Positions 56,188 to 64,000 of a stretch of DNA of 64,000 bases are shown here, one piece after another. The stretch is from Magnetovibrio sp. (GTDB lineage: Bacteria; Pseudomonadota; Alphaproteobacteria; Rhodospirillales; Casp-alpha2), in NCBI GenBank assembly GCA_002721825.1, contig PBLS01000043.1, positions 43,360 to 107,359 of the forward strand, written 5' to 3'. Numbering within the stretch: position 1 is the stretch's first letter; each line of letters starts with the position of its first letter. Below the pieces are notes generated by a model. It did no database searches. It had not been told where the DNA came from and saw only the letters and a list, made by a program, of their open reading frames with translations. Position numbers and translations under genes: made by a program.

Positions 56188-56766
56188 ATGGCTTCACTAA
56201 TCAAAGCGTTCTGTAACGAAAATGGTGGCGTGGTGTTTGCGGTTGGAGGTGGCCGGACGCCAAGGAAAATTTTTCCACGGTTAGCTAAGCAAAATCTTCC
56301 GTGGCACAATGTGACGGTTACTTTGACGGATGAAAGGTGCGTTTCCTCCAATAGCTATTTTAGCAATGAAAACCTAGTTCGGACTATGCTGCTGAGGGAT
56401 AACGCTCAAAGCGCCTCATTTAAGACACTTTCTGAAGAGTCAGCATTAAAATCTAGGCCAGATATAGTTTACCTGGGCTTTGGTGAAGACGGGCATATTG
56501 CATCCTTGTTTCCGAGCGGAGAGGAACTCGGAGCACAGCACATAGGTGTAGTAGCTACGCGTGCGACGACGGCACCATTTGACCGGCTCAGTCTGACCTT
56601 ACCAACACTTTTGTCCAGTAAGCATATTTTTTTGATTGTTTCCGGAGTAAAGAAAAATGAGGTTTACCGTGACGCACGTGATATTCCATCTATGGCTGAG
56701 TTACCGCTCTCACGCATTCTCTGTCAATCATTGACGCCGGTTACCGTATATGTGCACTCGCAGTAG
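56188..56766 (+). CDS. pgl: 6-phosphogluconolactonase / glucosamine-6-P isomerase family protein, N-terminally truncated or frameshifted
   Basis: AVGGGRTP, VTLTDERCV and LGFGEDGHIASLFP motifs. Only 18 residues precede the GGGRTP loop unless the upstream out-of-frame ATG at 56130 is used. Confidence 0.7.
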   Translation: MASLIKAFCNENGGVVFAVGGGRTPRKIFPRLAKQNLPWHNVTVTLTDERCVSSNSYFSNENLVRTMLLRDNAQSASFKTLSEESALKSRPDIVYLGFGEDGHIASLFPSGEELGAQHIGVVATRATTAPFDRLSLTLPTLLSSKHIFLIVSGVKKNEVYRDARDIPSMAELPLSRILCQSLTPVTVYVHSQ

Positions 56767-56848
56767 AAAGAAAAAATTTACATACGCTAAAATCCGTAGA
56801 TTTATATGCTTGAAGCATTGCTAACGAATTTCTGGATTTAGCGGGAAC

Positions 56849-57805
56849 TTATTTTGAATATTCCTTAACCCACCATGCGAGTGTTTTTTTTATACCGGCT
56901 TTAAGAGATGTTTTAGGACGCCAGCCAAGGTCTCTACGTGCTTTATCACAATCGAGATTAATGGAGGATTTGATTGTGGGCTTATTCGGTAGAAACTTTA
57001 TAGAGAGGTTTTTTTTGCTTTCAGAAATCACACTTTCGACAAGTTCTTTCACACTTATTGAAGTGCCTGAGCCTACGTTAAATATAGAAAACTGAGTAGG
57101 TTGTTTGGCAATTGCAAGGTGTACAAATTCAATCAAGTCGCTAACGAACAAGAAATCTCTTGTCTCTTCGCCATCTCCCCAAACCTGCACTTCACCATTT
57201 TTTGCCGTCATGCATTTGGTAATCGTTGCTCCGAACACATGACTACGGTCTAGATCGAACTTGTCATGAGGGCCATAGATATTTGAATGTCTAATTACGG
57301 TGAATTTTGTGGTACTTTGATGCGCATAAAACTCGCACATTTTCTCAATATAAATCTTTGACCAGCCCGCGCCAAAATATGGCCGTAGAATTTCTTTGTT
57401 GATATCCCAGTCATCTTCTTTTTGTGGTTTTGGGCTGGATGGAAGCATAATTGTACAACTAAAAAAGATAAAATGTTTTATTTTTGCCTCAAAAGCGGCA
57501 CGCAGGAGTAGCGAGTTCATAACGGCGTTATCAGTAACATGCATATGAGGTTTGTTAATAATATCTTTGGAGCCAGATGTGGTCGCCGCAGCTTGGATAA
57601 CGATATCAACATTATCCAATAATTTTGATAAAGAATTCGCGTCTCGTAAATCAGCACGATGCCATGTTACTCCTTTAATAGGAATAGGATCACTTTTAAA
57701 ATAAACGGCATGCACGCTAAATGCCGGAAGGGAAGATAAATTTTCAATCATATTGCGGCCGATGAAACCGGATGCGCCGCAAACTAGAATTTTTTGCGTT
57801 GTCAT
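56849..57805 (-). CDS. NAD-dependent sugar epimerase/reductase (extended SDR)
   Basis: VCGASGFIGRN Rossmann motif. It is 318 aa long. Confidence 0.8.
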   Translation of the reverse strand: MTTQKILVCGASGFIGRNMIENLSSLPAFSVHAVYFKSDPIPIKGVTWHRADLRDANSLSKLLDNVDIVIQAAATTSGSKDIINKPHMHVTDNAVMNSLLLRAAFEAKIKHFIFFSCTIMLPSSPKPQKEDDWDINKEILRPYFGAGWSKIYIEKMCEFYAHQSTTKFTVIRHSNIYGPHDKFDLDRSHVFGATITKCMTAKNGEVQVWGDGEETRDFLFVSDLIEFVHLAIAKQPTQFSIFNVGSGTSISVKELVESVISESKKNLSIKFLPNKPTIKSSINLDCDKARRDLGWRPKTSLKAGIKKTLAWWVKEYSK

Positions 57806-57826
57806 GCCCTGATCCTCTATAAAATT

Positions 57827-58555
57827 TTATAAGCTATGAATGGGAAGAATTGTTCCATTGGCGCAAGAAGCACTTGAGGATAGTAACCACATTATAATTT
57901 CTGCAATCTCGTCAGGCGCAGATAGCTTCTGTGAAGATATGGGCGTTTGATCATTAACATCGTTCATTGCAGTTGAAACAATACCCGGACTAATCGCATT
58001 GACACGGATACCAAACTCGGCAGCTTCACGTGCAAGCCCGAGCGTCATCGAATTTATAGCGCCTTTAGTAGCTGCGTAATGGGAAAGATTATGCCCACCG
58101 GTGAAGGCGGCTTGTGACGAAACGTTGACGATGCAGCCGCTCCGTCTTTTATACATGTGCGGGAGAACTTCACGGCAGCAGAGCAAAGGGCCAATTAAAT
58201 TAGTGCCTATCACTTCATTCAGGGTAGTTGTGGTAATTTCGGTGAGTTTGGCTCTAGGACCAGAAATTCCCGCATTATTGACTAATGCGTCAATTTTTCC
58301 AAAGCTGGTCAGTGTTTTTTCGACTAAACGCTTAACATCTTTTTCGTTGCTGACGTCTGCTAATACCGAAATTGCGCTCCCCCCATCACTGACAATTTTA
58401 TCTACTATTACTTTAGCGGCTTTTTTTGCGGATTTGTAGTTTACACATACAGCGTATCCTTTTTTTGCAGCCAGCAATGCTGTAGCTGCCCCAATTCCTC
58501 GGCTTGCACCACTAATAATGATAACATTTTTGAGTTTGGCGGTTCTTTCTATCAT
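57827..58555 (-). CDS. classical SDR oxidoreductase (FabG-like)
   Basis: SGASRGIGAA, NNAG and YAATKGA motifs. Confidence 0.85.
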   Translation of the reverse strand: MIERTAKLKNVIIISGASRGIGAATALLAAKKGYAVCVNYKSAKKAAKVIVDKIVSDGGSAISVLADVSNEKDVKRLVEKTLTSFGKIDALVNNAGISGPRAKLTEITTTTLNEVIGTNLIGPLLCCREVLPHMYKRRSGCIVNVSSQAAFTGGHNLSHYAATKGAINSMTLGLAREAAEFGIRVNAISPGIVSTAMNDVNDQTPISSQKLSAPDEIAEIIMWLLSSSASCANGTILPIHSL

Positions 58556-58791
58556 CGTATGTTGTCTTATAAAAACTGCTAAAAGAGGTTCTAGTTTTTT
58601 AGAAAATAGCTATGTTTAGTGGGCTTGGTTGTAAACTTTCAAATTTGACTCCCGTCAATGAAGGTATAAACTCTGCCCGGAAAATGCGAGTCTGTTCTTT
58701 CAAGTCCAATTCCCTTTTATTGCTCGTTTGCTTCACGTTGTTTCGATCAGACGCACACCACGTGCCACTATACATAGTTGACTAAAAGACA

Positions 58792-59964
58792 ATGTCTACA
58801 TTTTATCCGATGACATCAAGCACCTGGGGTGATGAAGAAGTTGAGGCTATTAAAAAAGTTGTCAGCAGTGACCGGTTTACTGCGGGTGAACAGGTGGCAA
58901 GGTTTGAACACGAATTTGCGCGGTATCATAAACGCAAATATGGTGTAATGGTAAATTCTGGCTCTTCAGCCAATCTGATAGCTATCGCTGCCTTTTGCAA
59001 CCATCGTTCTCGAAAACTAAATAGAGGCGATGAAGTTATAGTGCCAACGCTTGCATGGTCCACTACGTATTCGCCTTTTCAGCAATATGGCTTGGAACTT
59101 AGATTCGTGGATATAGATATTGATAACCTAGGTATTGATACGGGACAGCTTGAAGCAGCGCTAACGTCAAAAACTAGAGCGATTACAGGAGTAAGCATTT
59201 TAGGTAATCCATGCGCATTGGATACTCTAAGAGCTTTCGCCAATAATCATAATCTTTGGTTTTTTGAAGATAATTGTGAATCGCTTGATGCGGAGTTAGA
59301 TGGAGAGAAGACAGGAAGCTTTGGAGATATTTCGACATTTAGTTTCTTCTTTTCCCATCACATTTCAACAATTGAGGGTGGCATGTTGCTTATGGATGAT
59401 ATGGAATTGTTCCACCTAGCAAAAGCGTTAAGAGCCCATGGATGGACCCGGGACCTTCCAAGGAGCTCGCCGATTTTTGAAGAAAAAGATGACGACTTTT
59501 TTGAGCAGTATAGATTTATCATTCCAGGCTACAACGTGAGACCTACTGAGATAAATGCGGCAATTGGCCTCGAACAGCTTAAGAAGCTACCAACAATGAC
59601 GAACATAAGAAGAAAAAATTTAAATTTATTTGAATCTATGTTTAAAGAAGACCCACGATTCCACATACAAACTCAGAATGGTATAGGTTCGTCTTTTAGT
59701 TTTCCGATTATACTTAGTGATCAATTTAAGCGCCAAACAGTATTAGCCAACTTGAGTGAAGCAAAAATTGAGCACCGAATTATAACTGGAGGAAATATCC
59801 TGAGGAATGATGTTATGAAATACTATAACCACACTATTGTTGGAGGAGGAGCACCTAATACGGATAGGGCGCATTATCAGGGGTTTTTCGTTGGGAACTA
59901 CCCTGCTGACCTGACCATACAGGTCGAAAAACTTTATGAAATTTTGGATAAAGCTTGTAGGTAA
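58792..59964 (+). CDS. colD: ColD-type GDP-4-keto-6-deoxy-D-mannose 3-dehydratase (DegT fold with His replacing the PLP lysine)
   Basis: FSFFFSHHISTIEGG aligns with FSFYPAKHITSAEGG of the DegT enzyme in this window, with Lys replaced by His189 (59356-59358). The N-terminus SSTWGDEEVEAIKKV ... resembles ColD. It is 390 aa long. Confidence 0.7.
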   Translation: MSTFYPMTSSTWGDEEVEAIKKVVSSDRFTAGEQVARFEHEFARYHKRKYGVMVNSGSSANLIAIAAFCNHRSRKLNRGDEVIVPTLAWSTTYSPFQQYGLELRFVDIDIDNLGIDTGQLEAALTSKTRAITGVSILGNPCALDTLRAFANNHNLWFFEDNCESLDAELDGEKTGSFGDISTFSFFFSHHISTIEGGMLLMDDMELFHLAKALRAHGWTRDLPRSSPIFEEKDDDFFEQYRFIIPGYNVRPTEINAAIGLEQLKKLPTMTNIRRKNLNLFESMFKEDPRFHIQTQNGIGSSFSFPIILSDQFKRQTVLANLSEAKIEHRIITGGNILRNDVMKYYNHTIVGGGAPNTDRAHYQGFFVGNYPADLTIQVEKLYEILDKACR

Positions 59965-59967
59965 CTT

Positions 59968-60909
59968 TTGGAGAAACTATCAATTTTAGTCACGGGTGGC
60001 GCTGGATATATTGGCGCTATAATGGTCCCAGAGTTATTAGCTTCTGGACACAACGTAACTGTATTAGACAATTTTATGTATAGGCAGAATAGCCTGTCAC
60101 ACGTTTGTGCGGCGGAAAATTTTTCGTTGATAAATGGAGATGCGAGGCAGGAAGATCAATTGAGACCCCTGGTCAGTAAGGCTGATGTGATCATTCCTTT
60201 AGCCGCGCTAGTAGGAGCCCCGATATGCGAAAAAGACCCAATTGGGGCGAGATCGCTGAATTTTGATGCGCAAAAAATGCTGCTTGAAATGTTGAGCTCA
60301 GACCAAATGGTATTAGCGCCTATAACTAACAGTGGTTATGGGGTTGGAGAAAAGGATGTATTATGCACAGAAAATACCCCTTTGCGCCCGGTATCCTTAT
60401 ATGGGAGGCACAAGGTGGAAATTGAGGAGGTTATTCTTTCTCGAGAAAACTCTATAAGCTTTCGTTTGGCAACAGTGTTTGGCATGTCTCCTCGTATGAG
60501 GCTTGACCTTTTAGTTAATGACTTTGTTTATCGAGCTAAAACCGACCGCACAGTTGTTCTTTTTGAGAGCCATTTTAAACGTAACTATATTCATGTGCGT
60601 GATGTAACCAACGTATTTATGCATGGACTTCGCCAATTTGGGAAATTAAAAGGTGAGGCTTATAACGTCGGTCTTTCGGATGCGAACCTCTCGAAGAGAG
60701 AACTCTGCGAAGTTATAAGGAGACACATCCCTGGATTCATTTTTCTCGAAGCAGAAATAGGTCAGGACCCTGATAAAAGAGACTACATCGTCTCTAACGA
60801 CAAAATTGAATCTACCGGATTTAGAGCAAAACATTCCTTAGACGACGGAATACAAGAACTCATTAAAGGGTATCAGATGATCAGCAATTCTTTGTATACG
60901 AATAATTGA
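59968..60909 (+). CDS. NAD(P)-dependent SDR epimerase/reductase (candidate ColC-equivalent)
   Basis: VTGGAGYIGA and YGRHK motifs. TTG start 3 nt after the colD-like stop. Confidence 0.6.
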   Translation: MEKLSILVTGGAGYIGAIMVPELLASGHNVTVLDNFMYRQNSLSHVCAAENFSLINGDARQEDQLRPLVSKADVIIPLAALVGAPICEKDPIGARSLNFDAQKMLLEMLSSDQMVLAPITNSGYGVGEKDVLCTENTPLRPVSLYGRHKVEIEEVILSRENSISFRLATVFGMSPRMRLDLLVNDFVYRAKTDRTVVLFESHFKRNYIHVRDVTNVFMHGLRQFGKLKGEAYNVGLSDANLSKRELCEVIRRHIPGFIFLEAEIGQDPDKRDYIVSNDKIESTGFRAKHSLDDGIQELIKGYQMISNSLYTNN

Positions 60910-60949
60910 GCTTAAAGGAAACGTTACAGGTCTGGTCAATTATTAAATC

Positions 60950-61954
60950 GTGGGAATGGAAATGACCAAACTAAAAAAGTCATATAAGACGGCATTAATT
61001 ACGGGTATATCTGGTTCTGGAGGAAGCTTTCTAGCTGAATATATTGTAAACACACAAAAAGATTTTGTAGTACATGGTATTTGTCGATGGCATAGCACCG
61101 CTTCGCAGAATAACTTGACGAGTGTTGCTGATAAGATTGTTTTGCATGAGTGTGATTTAAACGATTTTGCATCGGTGTTGGAGGCGTTAGACAAGTCCCA
61201 GCCAAATTATATTTTTCATCTAGCATCGCATGCCAATGTACAGGCTTCCTTTACCACGCCAGCCTCGGTTATGCAGAATAATATAATGGGCACCCTTAAC
61301 CTTTTTGAAGCAGTTCGTTACCTTAAGATAAGGCCCACAATCCAGCTCTGTTCAACTTCAGAGGTGTATGGCCAAGTTGAGCTTGAAAATATCCCTATTG
61401 ATGAAAATTGTCCCATGAAACCATCTAGCCCTTATGCAGTCTCGAAAGTTGCGCAGGACTTGCTTGGGTATACCTATTTTTTGAGTTACGGCATGAGGAT
61501 TATTCGCACTCGAATGTTTTCCTATCTGAATCCAAGAAGGTTTGATCTATTTGCAACGTCGTTCGCTATGCAAATTGCGAAAATTGAATTAGGGCTCCAG
61601 TCAGAGTTAAGGCATGGTAATCTAGATTCCATTAGAACTCTTATTGATGTCCGAGATGCGATGGAGTCCTACTGGGTTGCCACTGAAAAGGGAAAGCCCG
61701 GCGAAGCCTATAATATAGGTGGGAATAAGACTGTAAGAGTTGGGGAATTTCTGGAAATTTTAAAAGAAAAGGCGTATTGCCCCATAAAGACTTTTGAGGA
61801 CCCGGCGCTCTTTCGTCCTGTTGATGTCACTCTGCAAATTCCTGATATCTCAAAATTTGAGAAAGAAACAGGATGGAGCCCAAGGTACAATTTCGAACAA
61901 AGCGTGGAACATCTACTCAATAATGTTCGCCAGACGGTAAAAAGCAGTATTTAA
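60950..61954 (+). CDS. gmd: GDP-mannose 4,6-dehydratase
   Basis: ALITGISGSGGSFLAEY, STSEVYG and YAVSK motifs. The start is GTG at 60950 or ATG at 60956 or 60962. Confidence 0.75.
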   Translation: MGMEMTKLKKSYKTALITGISGSGGSFLAEYIVNTQKDFVVHGICRWHSTASQNNLTSVADKIVLHECDLNDFASVLEALDKSQPNYIFHLASHANVQASFTTPASVMQNNIMGTLNLFEAVRYLKIRPTIQLCSTSEVYGQVELENIPIDENCPMKPSSPYAVSKVAQDLLGYTYFLSYGMRIIRTRMFSYLNPRRFDLFATSFAMQIAKIELGLQSELRHGNLDSIRTLIDVRDAMESYWVATEKGKPGEAYNIGGNKTVRVGEFLEILKEKAYCPIKTFEDPALFRPVDVTLQIPDISKFEKETGWSPRYNFEQSVEHLLNNVRQTVKSSI

Positions 61955-61971
61955 TAAAATACCCAACGTCT

Positions 61972-62961
61972 TTATCCTGGTTGGAAAACTTCGATCTTAC
62001 TGCCGCTTGTATCAAATTCAAATTCAACATGTATGAGTTTTTTTAAGCGTCTTTTTACAGCTTCGCGATTTTCCGGTTGTACTATGAACAATATAAAGCC
62101 CCCGCCACCAGCGCCGAGTAATTTCCCTCCAATTGCACCGGCTTCTATCCCCGCATTATAAATTTCGTCAATATTAGAAGTCGTGACGCCATTGGCAAGT
62201 TCGCGTTTCATTCTCCACGACTGGTCAAGCAGTTCTCCAAGGTCATCGATAGCAGAGGAAGAATTTTGGAGTATCTTAAGTGCATCTTCGACAAAAGAGT
62301 GAATTTGGTGAAGATGGCGTTCCTTTTTGTTAATGTTTTCTATAAGTGTTGCGGCTATTTCGCTCGCGTGTCGTGAAAAACCTGTAAAAAATAACATCAT
62401 CGAACTATGAAGGTCTATCTTCCGTTGTTTCGTTAAAATGATGGGCGACACGTTAAAACTTCCGTCTTTCCGGAAATTAATTTTATTTATTCCGCCATAG
62501 GCCGCCCAAATTTGATCCTGGCAACCTACAGACTCCTTCATTACGTCTTGCTCTAGACGAATAGCTTCCTGTGCGAGTTTCTTTTTGGAAATCATCGATC
62601 CATTTAAAGCGGATAAAGCATTTAAGAGGCCGACAATAAATGAGGAACTTGAGCCTAGACCAGATCTAGCTGGTAAGTCAGCGTTATAGGCGATTTCCAT
62701 TCCTTTAGTGATGCCATAGTCCGTCAATATAGAACGAACTGCAGGATGTTCAATTTCGTCGATTTCATTCACAAGCTCGATTTTTGACCAAACAATGCGA
62801 TGATTGTGATCGAAAAATGGGGGAAGAACACGAACATTTATGTAGCAATACTTGTCTATCGTTGTACCTATTACGGTACCTCCAAATTTTGACGACCATG
62901 CAGGGTAATCGGTTCCTCCACCAAATAGGGAAATACGAAACGGGGTCCGGCTTATGATCAT
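61972..62961 (-). CDS. GHMP-family sugar kinase (HddA / heptose-7-P kinase-like)
   Basis: MIISRTPFRISLFGGGTDYP N-terminus and GHMP motif PARSGLGSSSSF. Confidence 0.75.
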   Translation of the reverse strand: MIISRTPFRISLFGGGTDYPAWSSKFGGTVIGTTIDKYCYINVRVLPPFFDHNHRIVWSKIELVNEIDEIEHPAVRSILTDYGITKGMEIAYNADLPARSGLGSSSSFIVGLLNALSALNGSMISKKKLAQEAIRLEQDVMKESVGCQDQIWAAYGGINKINFRKDGSFNVSPIILTKQRKIDLHSSMMLFFTGFSRHASEIAATLIENINKKERHLHQIHSFVEDALKILQNSSSAIDDLGELLDQSWRMKRELANGVTTSNIDEIYNAGIEAGAIGGKLLGAGGGGFILFIVQPENREAVKRRLKKLIHVEFEFDTSGSKIEVFQPG

Positions 62962-63304
62962 AAAATAGTTGTGCTATTTAAAAGTTATTAGAATTTTAAA
63001 AAATAACGTGAATTGCATAACAAATTTATTTAAGGCCGCAAATTTGGGAGGCAGATAATATCACAATTATTTTTAATTACAGTTATCGTCGCTTTTGAAG
63101 CGGCAAAATCTTTATTAGGAAAGTTGAAAACTTGTTTGGACATATTATGGATACCTACTCAATAATGTACTTATCTATCGGACCAAATATAGTGCTCAGA
63201 GGCTTTAACTCAACTTAATCTTAGCTAATTGTAAATCAATTCAACTTTATAAAAACTGAAGTGTATTGGTTCGATTAAGTTTAAAATTTGTCAAATAAAA
63301 TTAG

Positions 63305-64000
63305 TTAAAGTTTCCAGCCTGTTAATTTAAAAAGCATCAATCGAAGAAACATTAATAAAATACATGTTCCATTATACGGGATGAAATTTTTTGTTTCTCC
63401 ACCGACCCTAGCTTTTTCAATGCCTGGTATCTCGCAAATCCTCAGTTTTTTTATGGCACAGTACCCTGATGTTAGTGGCTCGAGAACTGGCCCTAGTAGA
63501 AAATGCTTGAAGTCTTTGGATCTAAGAATTCTGCAGCGATAACCTCGAAAGATACCTAGGACATCGGTGCATTTACTTTGGCCTAAAAGCCGAAACATTC
63601 GAGTAAATAAAAAATTACCAATACCAGTTATTAAAGTGTCGTCTTCCGAAAAAGCAGGAGGTAAGTACCGGGAAACGACCACAAGGTCGAAACCAGCCTT
63701 AAGTTTAGATACTAACTCCGGGAGATGTTCTACTAGGCAATTGCCGTCAGGGCTAAATTCGATAACGTAATCAGTTTGCATCTCGTAGACTGCATCGTAA
63801 ATTCCGGCAGCTAACCCTTTACGTTTTTGTCTTATAACCCTCAGCCCTTGTGACTTCGCATACTCGATAGTTCCGTCTGCCGACCCGCCATCTAAAACAA
63901 TAATTTCGTCAAATAGATCGACCTGTAATTGAGGTATAATCAATCTCATACCATTAATTTCATTCAGTGTGGGTAATAACAATGTAATGGTTTGCTCGCC
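63305..64000 (-). CDS. GT2-family glycosyltransferase (5' end probably beyond the window)
   Basis: LLPTLNE ... VLDGGSADGT motifs. The frame remains open to the window edge (GEQTITLLLPTLNE). Confidence 0.7.
   Translation of the reverse strand, partial: GEQTITLLLPTLNEINGMRLIIPQLQVDLFDEIIVLDGGSADGTIEYAKSQGLRVIRQKRKGLAAGIYDAVYEMQTDYVIEFSPDGNCLVEHLPELVSKLKAGFDLVVVSRYLPPAFSEDDTLITGIGNFLFTRMFRLLGQSKCTDVLGIFRGYRCRILRSKDFKHFLLGPVLEPLTSGYCAIKKLRICEIPGIEKARVGGETKNFIPYNGTCILLMFLRLMLFKLTGWKL

Noticed and set aside
56094-56351. An 85-aa minus-strand ORF across the pgl-like gene start.
   Set aside because: It lies antisense to the motif-bearing pgl-like frame and has no supporting features.
1-64000. A search by eye for CRISPR repeats, tRNA or rRNA genes, IS elements, integrases, toxin-antitoxin pairs or defence-system genes.
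   Set aside because: I found none. Every sizeable ORF fits glycan biosynthesis, export or regulation, and the intergenic gaps are short or AT-rich without structured-RNA-like stems. I cannot exclude small ncRNAs without computational folding or covariance searches.

Overview
The window is almost entirely one very large surface-glycan (O-antigen or capsule type) biosynthesis locus, probably from a Gram-negative, proteobacterial-type genome. I found no rRNA, tRNA, CRISPR array, transposase or integrase. About 42 genes between 45356 and 1 all lie on the minus strand. At least 11 junctions between them overlap by 1 or 4 nt (ATGA, GTGA, TAATG), which suggests one or a few very long operons. A MarR-type regulator and an RfaH-type antiterminator head this array, and an ops-like element (TGCGGTAGCGTG, 44119-44130) follows them. 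The array contains: (a) a nonulosonic-acid-like module (UDP-sugar dehydrogenase, two cytidylyltransferases, DegT aminotransferase, SDR, GNAT, NeuB-family synthase); (b) three PP-loop amidotransferases (AsnB, an AsnB-like protein without the Cys nucleophile, and a WbpG/PseA-type enzyme); (c) about 8 SAM methyltransferases, a PhyH dioxygenase, two B12-type radical SAM enzymes and one SPASM radical SAM enzyme; (d) a KdsB-paralog module. The most notable part is 10325-20841. It holds the full enzyme-family set, in matching gene order, of the Campylobacter jejuni phosphoramidate (MeOPN) precursor pathway (Cj1418, Cj1417, Cj1416 and Cj1415 types). Here the set is interrupted by an alkaline-phosphatase-superfamily protein lacking the sulfatase Cys/Ser-x-Pro-x-Arg motif and by an MsbA-type ABC exporter. 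It is preceded by a methyltransferase and a 627-aa orphan protein. The right third of the window (45.7-64 kb) has mixed orientation and is partly very AT-rich. It carries assembly and modification genes (GT-C membrane protein, GtrB/ArnC-like GT2, Wzy-like protein, WaaL-family protein, SGNH hydrolase) and a GDP-colitose-type 3,6-dideoxyhexose set (ColD-type dehydratase with His in place of the PLP lysine, SDR, Gmd). Smaller oddities are two adjacent genes whose conserved N-termini have only ATT as a possible start, a T10 tract that frameshifts a pgl-like gene, and a perfect 19-bp tandem duplication in an internal promoter-like gap. All functional calls come from motif and family recognition by eye. 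No database search was run.
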